64,000 nt of DNA from a virus. The DNA lies in IMG/VR virus record IMGVR_UViG_3300025288_000013, positions 1 to 64,000 of that record, one strand, 5' to 3'. Shown here one piece after another: positions 10,687-19,796 of this stretch. The notes under the pieces were generated by a model. It was not told the origin of the DNA, searched no databases, and saw nothing but the letters and a program-made list of their open reading frames with translations. The position numbers and the translations under genes were made by a program. Numbering within the stretch: position 1 is the stretch's first letter; every line of letters starts with the position of its first letter.

Positions 10687-11118
10687 ATGATAGACCTCTT
10701 TGGATTTGTTGATGCCCTATTCTGTAAAACTACCTGGAAAAATGTTTCTGACAATGATAAATACAAGCATTCTTACATGGTTAATAGATTTCTTTCCATA
10801 AGATACCCAATAGAGATAAATAATTGTCAAATAGTTGGACTTGGAAAAAAGAACACTATTCGATTAATGAACTATTGGCATCACATTTTGTCAAAAAGTT
10901 ATCAAAGACCCCCATTCTGGCTAAAGACAAAAAGTGGCACAAAGAAAACACAAAATGATTTATTAAAAGTGTTTGATAAAGAACATATAGCTGCTTACAG
11001 TAGAACTTATATGATCGATACCAAAACATTGAACGATTTGTGTCAATTTTTTCCAAAAGAACTTGTTGCTGATATGAAATCGTTTAATAAAAAAGACGAA
11101 TTAAAGAAAACAAAATGA
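10687..11118 (+). CDS. Clamp-loader small subunit (T4 gp62-like)
   Basis: YMVNRFLS and FWLK motifs with 143-aa size; middle-type promoter upstream. Confidence 0.55.
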   Translation: MIDLFGFVDALFCKTTWKNVSDNDKYKHSYMVNRFLSIRYPIEINNCQIVGLGKKNTIRLMNYWHHILSKSYQRPPFWLKTKSGTKKTQNDLLKVFDKEHIAAYSRTYMIDTKTLNDLCQFFPKELVADMKSFNKKDELKKTK

Positions 11119-12116
11119 ATTTAACAAGAAACGACATATTATTATTAGATAAGTCTGACTTACACGCCCACTTGGGTTCTATGGTCGGCAGCAAAAGGCT
11201 TTGGGAACTTGCACACGAACAAGGATTGAAATTACCAACAAAAGATTTTAGAAAATTCAATGATATAATAAGTGGGACTAATGATAGTGGATTAAATCAT
11301 AAAAAGTATTTGAATAAGTTCAATCTTACACAAAAAATACAAGGCTCACCATTAGCTGTTGAACAAAGTGTATTTAATGCCATTTCTGAATCTTATTTGA
11401 ATGATAACATAACACTTCTTGAATTAAGATTTAATCCATTCCTAAGAAACAGATCTGGGTTTTATGATGTTGACATGGTTATCTCCCATGCGTGTATTGG
11501 CTTGATTCGTGCAATGTCTATATATCCAGTAAAAGCTGGCATAATAATAAGCACCGATAGGTCGTTTGACAAAAAATTGACAAACATATTAGCCAAGAAA
11601 GCCATAAAATATAAAAACATTGGCGTAATTGGTTTTGATATGAGTGGAGGAAATGTTTCTGAATTTAACATAAAAGATTTCGAATCAGCATTTAAAATGG
11701 TGAAAGAAGCTGATATGGGTACAACAATCCACACGGCTGAAGTTGCTAACATATCTTTGGATGAAACCAAGTATATAGTTAAAAATTTTGATATCGATAG
11801 AATTGGTCATGGAATAAGAATCATTGAAGATATAAATTTGTTGACATACATAAGTTCAAAGAGGATACATTTAGAGATTTGTCCAACAAGTAATGTTATA
11901 ACAAAATGTGTAAATAATTATAAAGATTTTAATAAAATTTTGAACATTTTACAAATGAATCATGTTGATATTAGTATAAACACTGATGGGTGTGTATTTC
12001 TAAATACATCTGTTACAAATGAATATGACAAATTGCATGACATCGGTTTTGTTTATGACATTGAGCAGATAAAAGAATTAGAACAATCATCCATAAAAGC
12101 ATCATTTATAAGATGA
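11115..12116 (+). CDS. add: Adenosine/AMP deaminase family protein (atypical)
   Basis: DLHAH, ELRFNP, GFDMSG, IHTAE, RIGHG, HLEICPTSN and INTD motifs. Confidence 0.9.
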   Translation: MNLTRNDILLLDKSDLHAHLGSMVGSKRLWELAHEQGLKLPTKDFRKFNDIISGTNDSGLNHKKYLNKFNLTQKIQGSPLAVEQSVFNAISESYLNDNITLLELRFNPFLRNRSGFYDVDMVISHACIGLIRAMSIYPVKAGIIISTDRSFDKKLTNILAKKAIKYKNIGVIGFDMSGGNVSEFNIKDFESAFKMVKEADMGTTIHTAEVANISLDETKYIVKNFDIDRIGHGIRIIEDINLLTYISSKRIHLEICPTSNVITKCVNNYKDFNKILNILQMNHVDISINTDGCVFLNTSVTNEYDKLHDIGFVYDIEQIKELEQSSIKASFIR

Positions 12117-12355
12117 AAAATAATGAGAAAATAGAGATAAAGGGTTCATACCTTAATTATATACAATCGTTGATAGACAAATCACCAAATTTCTTTAAAT
12201 ACCAACAAACCATATTGAATTCTGTTAAAAAAACGAACGGTAAGGTTGAAAATGATGATTATTTTGTTATAACAAGTAGACAACTAAATGCTATAAAAAA
12301 TGTTGTGGGTGGAAAATTGAAAGATGAACAATTAAGATACAGCAGCAAAAATTAA
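12113..12355 (+). CDS. Hypothetical protein
   Basis: ATGA-coupled to the deaminase gene. Confidence 0.55.
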   Translation: MKNNEKIEIKGSYLNYIQSLIDKSPNFFKYQQTILNSVKKTNGKVENDDYFVITSRQLNAIKNVVGGKLKDEQLRYSSKN

Positions 12356-12433
12356 AACAGTACTATTTCTTTTTGTTAATAATTGTTGTGGTGTTTAAAT
12401 GTTACAATAGAAATTTGAGTGCAAAAGACAGCA

Positions 12434-12742
12434 TCAAAGATTTGCTTCTATTTCTTCCTTTATTTTCTTAGCATCTGATACTAAGAAATCTTTAGCAATT
12501 ATTTTCTGGCTACCAACACTATGTATAATAATATCTGATTTGATAATTCTTCTGTCTATTTCAACGCCAGATATTTTGCTATAGGGCATAAAAGTTTCAT
12601 CAACACCGATCAAATGTTTGTTACGTTTTTTGTATGTAACGCCCCTGTTACCAATTTCCAATCTATCTGGCGTAAGAATATCACCACCAACATAGAACTT
12701 TGATGAATAACTTGATTCGAATAATGGTATAAGTTTTTTCAT
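12434..12742 (-). CDS. Bacterial PH-domain-like protein with MKKLIPLFES leader (putative internal head protein)
   Basis: Beta-rich pattern with C-terminal helix (MPYSKISGVEI...DAKKIKEEIE); leader shared with the neighbouring gene. Confidence 0.55.
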   Translation of the reverse strand: MKKLIPLFESSYSSKFYVGGDILTPDRLEIGNRGVTYKKRNKHLIGVDETFMPYSKISGVEIDRRIIKSDIIIHSVGSQKIIAKDFLVSDAKKIKEEIEANL

Positions 12743-13291
12743 TTAGTTTTCTGTGTTTAAGAATACTCTTCGTGCTATAGGAATTGCTAATTCTATGTCT
12801 TCCATAGACCACACATGTTCATTGTTCAACCTTGATTTCACCAATTCATCATGTAAACCCTTTTCCATATATTTCAAAGCTTCGTTTATGATTTTTTGGT
12901 TTGGTTCAGAAGATTCGTTCAAAGTTATGTTGTGTGCTATTTCTATGGCTTGTTCTATCTCTTCAATATCAGTTTCGTCTGAAGAATCAATAAGTTTTGA
13001 TTTTACTGATTCATCATCTAAACCAGCCTCAATTTGTCCTTTGGCTATATCAACAAGACTTGCATCACCATTTTCTGATTCTGTCAATTTTCTAACTTTT
13101 GTGAAAATATCACCAAGTTTAGACCTTTCTTCATCAGACAATTCTTTCATTTCGTTACCATGTTCACCACCAAATAAGGATTTTAAGAAGTCTTTGTCTT
13201 CTTTTGGTAAATCAGCCTCTAACAATTTTTTAGATTTGTTTGTCAATGTGCTTTTAGTTTTTGACGATTCGAACAATGGTATCTTTTTCAT
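12743..13291 (-). CDS. Putative internal head protein with MKKIPLFES leader and duplicated helical module
   Basis: LFES, LLEA, LTES and LNES sites; two GL-x-DE-x-VKS-x-L...IE-x-AI-x-IA repeats; late box upstream. Confidence 0.6.
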   Translation of the reverse strand: MKKIPLFESSKTKSTLTNKSKKLLEADLPKEDKDFLKSLFGGEHGNEMKELSDEERSKLGDIFTKVRKLTESENGDASLVDIAKGQIEAGLDDESVKSKLIDSSDETDIEEIEQAIEIAHNITLNESSEPNQKIINEALKYMEKGLHDELVKSRLNNEHVWSMEDIELAIPIARRVFLNTEN

Positions 13292-13322
13292 TTCTTTGAT
13301 GTTTTATTTAAATGTTATTTAT

Positions 13323-16300
13323 TTAATTGACAGAAGACTTTTGATATTGCATAGTATAACTAAAATCAAAACTCAATAATTTTTGTAATTCAAGTTTATT
13401 TTCTTTTACAAGTATATCTATACCAATCTTCTTTGTGTATTTTATGTTGGTTACATTTGGAACACCACCTATGTTTCCTATGCCTGTGCTTCCTATTCCA
13501 TAATAATCTGTTAATCTACCAGAAACCGAAATTGGTATCAAAAGTCTTTTGTTACTATTGATAATCACCCCCTCATTTGAAAATTTGGTATCAGAAAAAA
13601 TACTATCATCATTCATAGCAAGATTAACATACAAACCACAGGTATTTCTTCCTATCAAATATTTATCATTTTCCATAAATTTTGCCTTTCTTGGAAAGTT
13701 TGATAATGTGGCGGAACCAAATGAGTTTGTACTGTATATATAATATGACAATTGTGATACCGTGTTTTCGTTGGAACTATATAAACTCTGAACAAACTCT
13801 GGGTAATAAACTTTTGAAATTGTTGCTGTGTTCATTGGTAGTGTTTGGAAAGCACCAGATTGATAATAATTATTGAAATTTGACATAAAATCAGAAGTGA
13901 GCTGTAACGCTGGGTGATCTGTGTGTACACAAAAATCTGTATAACCACCACCACCATTTGGATTAGTCAAAGTTTGTGATCCATCCCATATAAAAGATTG
14001 TACTGTTGATCCGCCAAATATTGGTAGAACATATCCGTTCTGATCATCTATCCACAAGTCATTATTTAATGTTATATCTTTTGCCCTTGACATAAGTATT
14101 TGTCCTTTTACTTGAGAACTTTGAAACGATGGTAACTCAACAAATGGTTCTGATAATTGTTTACTTGATAAAAAGTCATTATCATTTATTGTATTAAGCC
14201 TTACCATTGGTGCTAAATACGGTTGTCTGTATTGGTTATATTCGTTGATATTATATGAATAACCTGCATAGTTAGCAATCAATTTGTCATCTTTAGTACC
14301 TGTAACATATGGAAATAATTCTATGTTTCCGATACCAATATTTGTTATCTCTATGTAAAAAGTTTTATCAACAATGCTACCTTTTTTAACAGTATTACTA
14401 TCTATCAAATTTTTATAGTATTCAAGTAACTTTATTGTGCTATTGTTTGTTATGTCAGATAACGATTTTTCTTCTTCATCAAGCAATCTAACTCTTATGG
14501 AACCACCTGCACCAGATAAAGTTGTTTCTAACTGATTTATCCTATCTTTCATAGAGTTTATTATTGTCTGTGCATCAATTGGTTTGTTCTCTGGCGTAAG
14601 TTCATCAGTTCCAAGATTTTTAAGAAAATGTGCATAATAAAATTCACCTATAGTTGATGAATCAGCATTATGTATATCTAATCCCTTTTCAGCAAGTGAT
14701 TCAAAAATTCTGTTATAGATTATATCAGATTTCGATTGTTCTAATAATGACACAGTATCGTCTAACACTTCTTCTGGAAATTCAACAACTATAGGGTCAC
14801 TATAGTCACTATAATTTATGTTTAATGGATAACCAACTTCGGATATTGCTCTTGTGCGTATTTCTACTTTTTCATTGCTTGATATTGGTATTGTTATTTG
14901 ATTTATATTAAATTTATCAACATCACTTTCACTTTCTTCTAACCAATTACCATTAGCATCTTTTTCCCTAATTTTTGGGTTTGGCATCTTTAGCCATTTT
15001 GGTATTATTGATTTTTTGGTTATACCATCTTGTTCTATATCAAATGAGTTATTTTCGTCTTTTGTCTCATCTTTGTTGAGATATCTATATTCGGTTTCGT
15101 ATCCTATGACTTTCTGAACAGAACCATTTACCAAAACATCATCACTCTTTTTTATGAATCCATGAATTTGATATTTTGGTTTATAATCTTTAAAATCAGT
15201 TGCTATTGCGTTAAGTTCATTTACAGATGATGATAACTCCTTTGTAAAATTACCCATTTTCTCTTTTAAAGAGGTAAGTTCTTTTGATAATTTGTTTTTT
15301 GAAAAATTGTCGTCTGATGGAGTTATGTTTATTTGTTTTTCTGTTTTTGCTATATTATCTTGAACCATTTTCAAATTAGATTCCACAAGTTTTTTCTTAG
15401 AGAACCTATTTTTTAAATTATCAAGAGTATCTTTACCAGCTTTGTGCTTGTTAACATTAACAATTTTTATATCAGATGCTAATATTGATGGTTTGTTAGG
15501 TTTTATGAATTTATTGGCTGGTATAAGTTTTTCATTAGCAATTGATGATATTGATTCCCACAAATTATAGGTGTTTATTTCGCTTATGAGGTCTTCAGTA
15601 TTTATAGAATAACCTATGCCCCAATCATTACTCACAACGGACAAATTCGAATTTATTGGTTTTACAAAAAATGCTAAATATTCATTTCTGTTTATTGGTG
15701 CTTCAATATATGGGTCATCTATATCGCCAAAAAATTTGACAACACTAACTCCAGTAGTTACTGGTTCATATCCACTTATTAATTTTAGGCTTATAAAGTT
15801 TGTTGATTTATCCAAGAATGTTATCTCATATTTTGTGTTGTCACCAATCATGACAGGATCACCAACTTTCAGATATATGTCTGTATTTGTTTCAACATTT
15901 TTATAAAACAACGTATTCAATTTATAAACAATTTCTATATTGTCAGATGATGTTCCACTTATAATATCTTTTTTTTGTTTTATTGATAATATATCAAATG
16001 TTCCTATGTTCCTAAAATTTGATGCGGATATTTGTTTTTCTATATTTGATTCAGATTTTTCTATATCATTTGATTCCAATATAACAATGAGTTCATCGTA
16101 CCCAAGTTGTTTGTTTTTTATTGATGATTCAAATATGGACAACTTATCTTCTGTGTCAAGTGTTAATGTGATTTTGTTGATTAAACATTTATCATATGAT
16201 GGGTATATGTCCCTACTTATTGGTATTTTTATAAATAAGAACGGTGTAACAAATAAATGCTCTAATGGGTTGTTTTTTGAAGAATATGCTGATATATCAC

Positions 16301-16637
16301 CAATAACAAATGGGTTTGGTTCTTTGAATTGTTCATTCAATATTATTGTTCTTGTTGATCCATCACCAAGACGTATAACAGCACTTGATAAATTATCTAT
16401 ATTAGACAAACTTTTAACATTGCCCTCAAGATTATTTATCCTTTGTATAAGAGAACCTATAGATGAAACATTGTGACGTTCTGTGCTTCCATCAGATTTT
16501 GTCAAAACTATTTCAACGGTTTCATCTTCACTTGTTAATAAAGTTTGTTGTAATTCTAAAAATTCTAAAAGATTTTTATCTCTTCTGAATATTTCGTGCA
16601 ATATGGTTGATAGTGTATTATTTCTGTTGTCGGTCAT
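13323..16637 (-). CDS. Large virion structural protein with coiled coil
   Basis: Long ORF; likely start MTDNRN at 16637 downstream of an AATAAATA box. Confidence 0.5.
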   Translation of the reverse strand: MTDNRNNTLSTILHEIFRRDKNLLEFLELQQTLLTSEDETVEIVLTKSDGSTERHNVSSIGSLIQRINNLEGNVKSLSNIDNLSSAVIRLGDGSTRTIILNEQFKEPNPFVIGDISAYSSKNNPLEHLFVTPFLFIKIPISRDIYPSYDKCLINKITLTLDTEDKLSIFESSIKNKQLGYDELIVILESNDIEKSESNIEKQISASNFRNIGTFDILSIKQKKDIISGTSSDNIEIVYKLNTLFYKNVETNTDIYLKVGDPVMIGDNTKYEITFLDKSTNFISLKLISGYEPVTTGVSVVKFFGDIDDPYIEAPINRNEYLAFFVKPINSNLSVVSNDWGIGYSINTEDLISEINTYNLWESISSIANEKLIPANKFIKPNKPSILASDIKIVNVNKHKAGKDTLDNLKNRFSKKKLVESNLKMVQDNIAKTEKQINITPSDDNFSKNKLSKELTSLKEKMGNFTKELSSSVNELNAIATDFKDYKPKYQIHGFIKKSDDVLVNGSVQKVIGYETEYRYLNKDETKDENNSFDIEQDGITKKSIIPKWLKMPNPKIREKDANGNWLEESESDVDKFNINQITIPISSNEKVEIRTRAISEVGYPLNINYSDYSDPIVVEFPEEVLDDTVSLLEQSKSDIIYNRIFESLAEKGLDIHNADSSTIGEFYYAHFLKNLGTDELTPENKPIDAQTIINSMKDRINQLETTLSGAGGSIRVRLLDEEEKSLSDITNNSTIKLLEYYKNLIDSNTVKKGSIVDKTFYIEITNIGIGNIELFPYVTGTKDDKLIANYAGYSYNINEYNQYRQPYLAPMVRLNTINDNDFLSSKQLSEPFVELPSFQSSQVKGQILMSRAKDITLNNDLWIDDQNGYVLPIFGGSTVQSFIWDGSQTLTNPNGGGGYTDFCVHTDHPALQLTSDFMSNFNNYYQSGAFQTLPMNTATISKVYYPEFVQSLYSSNENTVSQLSYYIYSTNSFGSATLSNFPRKAKFMENDKYLIGRNTCGLYVNLAMNDDSIFSDTKFSNEGVIINSNKRLLIPISVSGRLTDYYGIGSTGIGNIGGVPNVTNIKYTKKIGIDILVKENKLELQKLLSFDFSYTMQYQKSSVN

Positions 16638-16694
16638 TTTGTTATAATAAATAAGATTACAAAATTTATTTATTAATAAAATACAAAAATACAA

Positions 16695-17537
16695 ATGGCA
16701 AATATAACAAACATTGATCCAACGAAATCAATAAGTTTAGCACCAGCTATAATCAATAACAATTTTGCAAATGTAAACAACGAATTAGCGGCAATAGCCA
16801 ATTTGTTGAATGTTGCAAATGATTCATTAGCATTGAATAAAAAAATTGCTGCACCGGCTAATGGTGTGGAGGCATCAGCAATAATATTAACAGCTATTTC
16901 TGGTTTGTTAATAAATGCCATGCCAAATGGTGTAAGTACAGTCTTTTCTGTATCAAATCTTGGAGAAATTGTGGCTCTAAAACTTGCTCTTGATCAAGCA
17001 CAATTATCAACTTTTGGTGGGGCAGAATTCTATGGCAATGTTGTTATAAAAGAAAAAATAACAATAGAAAAGACTATTGATTTAACTGCGGTTGGTTCTG
17101 CCATATTGTTAAAACACAATATAGTGGCAATAACACCAGCTAATATTGGTGCTGCAGCAACCAATCCAATTGATATAAGTAAATTGAACGAAATTTTATT
17201 TGATGCGGCAAATGGTGGCACCCAATTGGTTGCTCCTGGATCAGATGCTACAATAAACATTGACACAAGTAATATTCAAAAAGGTCAGATATTCACAATG
17301 AGATTGTTCATTAAAAATACGACAAATAAATTGAGATTGTTGAATGGCGATGTTACTGCCCCATTGTTTGCTGTTATAAATTATACAAACGGATATCAAG
17401 AAATAGCATATACAGTATTCCCAGAATTTGACGATGCTATTGCCGGACACGCTTGGATAAAAGTTCAATGGGTAGAAGTAACGCCATCAAATTTCAGATT
17501 TGTTGTACTTGATAGTAACAATATGGCTAATATTTAA
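16695..17537 (+). CDS. Virion structural protein (fiber/baseplate-like)
   Basis: N-terminal IINNNF motif, also seen as VINNNF at 10231; Ala/Asn-rich; late box upstream. Confidence 0.5.
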   Translation: MANITNIDPTKSISLAPAIINNNFANVNNELAAIANLLNVANDSLALNKKIAAPANGVEASAIILTAISGLLINAMPNGVSTVFSVSNLGEIVALKLALDQAQLSTFGGAEFYGNVVIKEKITIEKTIDLTAVGSAILLKHNIVAITPANIGAAATNPIDISKLNEILFDAANGGTQLVAPGSDATINIDTSNIQKGQIFTMRLFIKNTTNKLRLLNGDVTAPLFAVINYTNGYQEIAYTVFPEFDDAIAGHAWIKVQWVEVTPSNFRFVVLDSNNMANI

Positions 17538-17557
17538 ATAAACAAAACAGTAACACT

Positions 17558-18463
17558 ATGGAAAATAACGAAGAAGATATTTACTCCAAAGAACATGGAG
17601 GTAAAAAAACTAATGTACCCAGTAATAAATTGGACAATGTTGGATGGAAGATTATACCAAAGGATTCCATACCATGTATGTTCAGATACAACAAAAAGGA
17701 TGATGTATTAAGAGTAAAGGCATGTGATTTTGAACACATAAAACACTACTCCATGATGAATGAAAATGATCCACAAAGTGTAGATGAACACATAAACGAA
17801 ATTCTCATGAACAATTGTAAGATTGGCACAACTGGTGATTATAGAGATTTAACCATAACAAGCAAATTGCACGTGTTTTTTACCATAAGGGATTATACTC
17901 TCATGAACAACGAGAGCAATTCAAAAATTTATCTAAACTTTACAAGCACAAAAGGTGAAAAAGCAAAGATGGAAATAAACGCTAATGCCTTTGAATACTT
18001 TGATATACCAAAAGGAATAGACAAATGGTATGATGAAAATGAAAGATGTTTTGTTGTGAAACATGAAGATTTTTCAAAACCAATAAAAGTTTATGTTCCA
18101 AAAGTTGGCGTTATAAATTCTATGAAAAAATATGCTGAACACATAAATTCAATGAAACAAAATGGTGAAAACGTATATTTAGATAAAAATTTTGTGGTTT
18201 ATTCTCAATATCTCATAGATGATTGGAGGAAAATAGACGAGGATTTTAAATATATTGACAAAATCAAAGAGGAATTTGAATCCATGTCACCAGACGAACT
18301 ACAGACATTCGATTATGTTGTTGACAAATTGAAAATTGGAATAAAACCGACTGTAAAGGTAAAATTTGATTCAGGAAACGTGGAGGTGTTTCCCATGATA
18401 TTTCGAGAATACAAATCTCTTTTCTATATTTCAAATAAAATTAGAACCCTATTTGAGGATTAA
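17558..18463 (+). CDS. Baseplate hub/tail assembly chaperone (T4 gp26-like)
   Basis: DLTITSKLHVFFTIRD and YVPKVG patterns; followed by a gp51-like ORF. Confidence 0.5.
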   Translation: MENNEEDIYSKEHGGKKTNVPSNKLDNVGWKIIPKDSIPCMFRYNKKDDVLRVKACDFEHIKHYSMMNENDPQSVDEHINEILMNNCKIGTTGDYRDLTITSKLHVFFTIRDYTLMNNESNSKIYLNFTSTKGEKAKMEINANAFEYFDIPKGIDKWYDENERCFVVKHEDFSKPIKVYVPKVGVINSMKKYAEHINSMKQNGENVYLDKNFVVYSQYLIDDWRKIDEDFKYIDKIKEEFESMSPDELQTFDYVVDKLKIGIKPTVKVKFDSGNVEVFPMIFREYKSLFYISNKIRTLFED

Positions 18464-18671
18464 CACAAAACTTGTATTAGACAAATCAATACCATTGTGT
18501 ACTTGGAACAAAATTCCTATGTGGGAGTATGACTTGGTTATATCTGATTATATAGAAGAGTTGAAAGAAAGGAAAAAACAAAACGATAAACAAAACGAAA
18601 AAAACAAAAACGCTAATACCAAAAATAGGTTACCAAAAGTACCAAAATTTAAAGTACCAAAATATAAATAA
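18453..18671 (+). CDS. gp51-like chaperone segment, probably the +1 frameshift extension of the upstream gene
   Basis: IPMWEYDLVI resembles the gp51-type IPWEREIY. Only a TTG start is available at the 5' end, and the frame is open from 18399. Confidence 0.55.
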   Translation: MRINTKLVLDKSIPLCTWNKIPMWEYDLVISDYIEELKERKKQNDKQNEKNKNANTKNRLPKVPKFKVPKYK

Positions 18672-19402
18672 TGATGACAGTAATTGGCATAGACTATTCG
18701 ATGAACAGTGTGGGAATATGCGTTTATAGAAACAAAAAATACGAATTTTATTCTGTATTAAACACATATTCATTAACGTCTTCAACAAAAGAGGATATCC
18801 ACAATAATTATTACAATCATTGTTCTGATGACATAAAAAAAACATTTTTAAGCCTTGATGATATAGAATTGTACACAAGAAAACCAAATTCATTGAATCT
18901 TAAGAAAACCCACAAATCAGATAAAAATAATGAATTAAACAAATGGCATAGAAAAACATTAGTCGATTCAAATCATTTATCAAATACAGTTATTGGTTTA
19001 CTAATAAGAAAGGGTTTGTTTAATGGTGATACTAAGTTCGTGATAGAGAATTATATAACAAATAGGAATGGTGGTGATACAACGATACAAATAATAGAGT
19101 TCACAAAATCATTTAAGGACAGATTGTTTGAAAAAGTTAAGTTGAACAACATATTCATAGTGACAGCACCAGAGATAAAAATGTTGGCTGGTTCTGGCAA
19201 CTATACAAAATCAAACATGTTTGATGCTTTCATAAATGAAAAAATTGACTCTAAATTTATTGATTATTGTAAATCAAATAAAAAATACTTAAAAGTTGGT
19301 TCTAAAGATGTAAAAAAACCAATAGATGATGTAATAGATGGATATTATCTCACAAAATGGTATTTAGAAAAAATGAAGAAAGAAAAACTATCAATTTTTT
19401 GA
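18671..19402 (+). CDS. RuvC-like (RNase H fold) Holliday junction resolvase/nuclease
   Basis: VIGIDYSMNSVG, VIENY, APEIKMLAGSGNYTK and DDVIDGY. Confidence 0.75.
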   Translation: MMTVIGIDYSMNSVGICVYRNKKYEFYSVLNTYSLTSSTKEDIHNNYYNHCSDDIKKTFLSLDDIELYTRKPNSLNLKKTHKSDKNNELNKWHRKTLVDSNHLSNTVIGLLIRKGLFNGDTKFVIENYITNRNGGDTTIQIIEFTKSFKDRLFEKVKLNNIFIVTAPEIKMLAGSGNYTKSNMFDAFINEKIDSKFIDYCKSNKKYLKVGSKDVKKPIDDVIDGYYLTKWYLEKMKKEKLSIF

Positions 19403-19741
19403 TGCAGCAACTTCTGAAGAAAAATCAGTAAAAATAGAATGTGCTGTATTTATGACATCTATCTTTGCGGTTATCTTTGCAGACTTTAAATAATTTTTTG
19501 AGGTATCAATATCATACCTTTCTTTTGTTAATTTGTTAATTTGTATGGGCAAAGTCTTTATTTTATTGAATATGTGTGTTTCAACATTATCACATTTTTC
19601 CAACTCTTCCAACTCTTCCAACTTTGTTGATTCAAACGTATTTTTATATGAATCATTATACTCCTTGTCAATTGGGTTCGTTGGATTAGAATTTAAACAA
19701 ACTATGCCGTTTTTCATTTCTTTTATTAATCTGTCTTTCAT
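19391..19741 (-). CDS. Hypothetical protein
   Basis: ORF with its own TGTAACAA-N15-GTT site upstream. Confidence 0.55.
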   Translation of the reverse strand: MKDRLIKEMKNGIVCLNSNPTNPIDKEYNDSYKNTFESTKLEELEELEKCDNVETHIFNKIKTLPIQINKLTKERYDIDTSKNYLKSAKITAKIDVINTAHSIFTDFSSEVAASKN

Positions 19742-19758
19742 ATTATTAAGTTTTAATA

Positions 19759-19787
19759 AAAAACCGTTTCATATGAATTTTGTTACA
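19759..19787 (-). promoter_or_regulatory. TGTAACAA-N15-GTT promoter
   Basis: Exact motif upstream of the ORF starting at 19741. Confidence 0.75.
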
Positions 19788-19796
19788 GGTGTTTTA

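Noticed and set aside
18671-19402. TnpB/Cas12-like effector
   Set aside because: Only 243 aa with an N-terminal RuvC-I motif, no zinc finger, and no array or ncRNA space; fits a resolvase.
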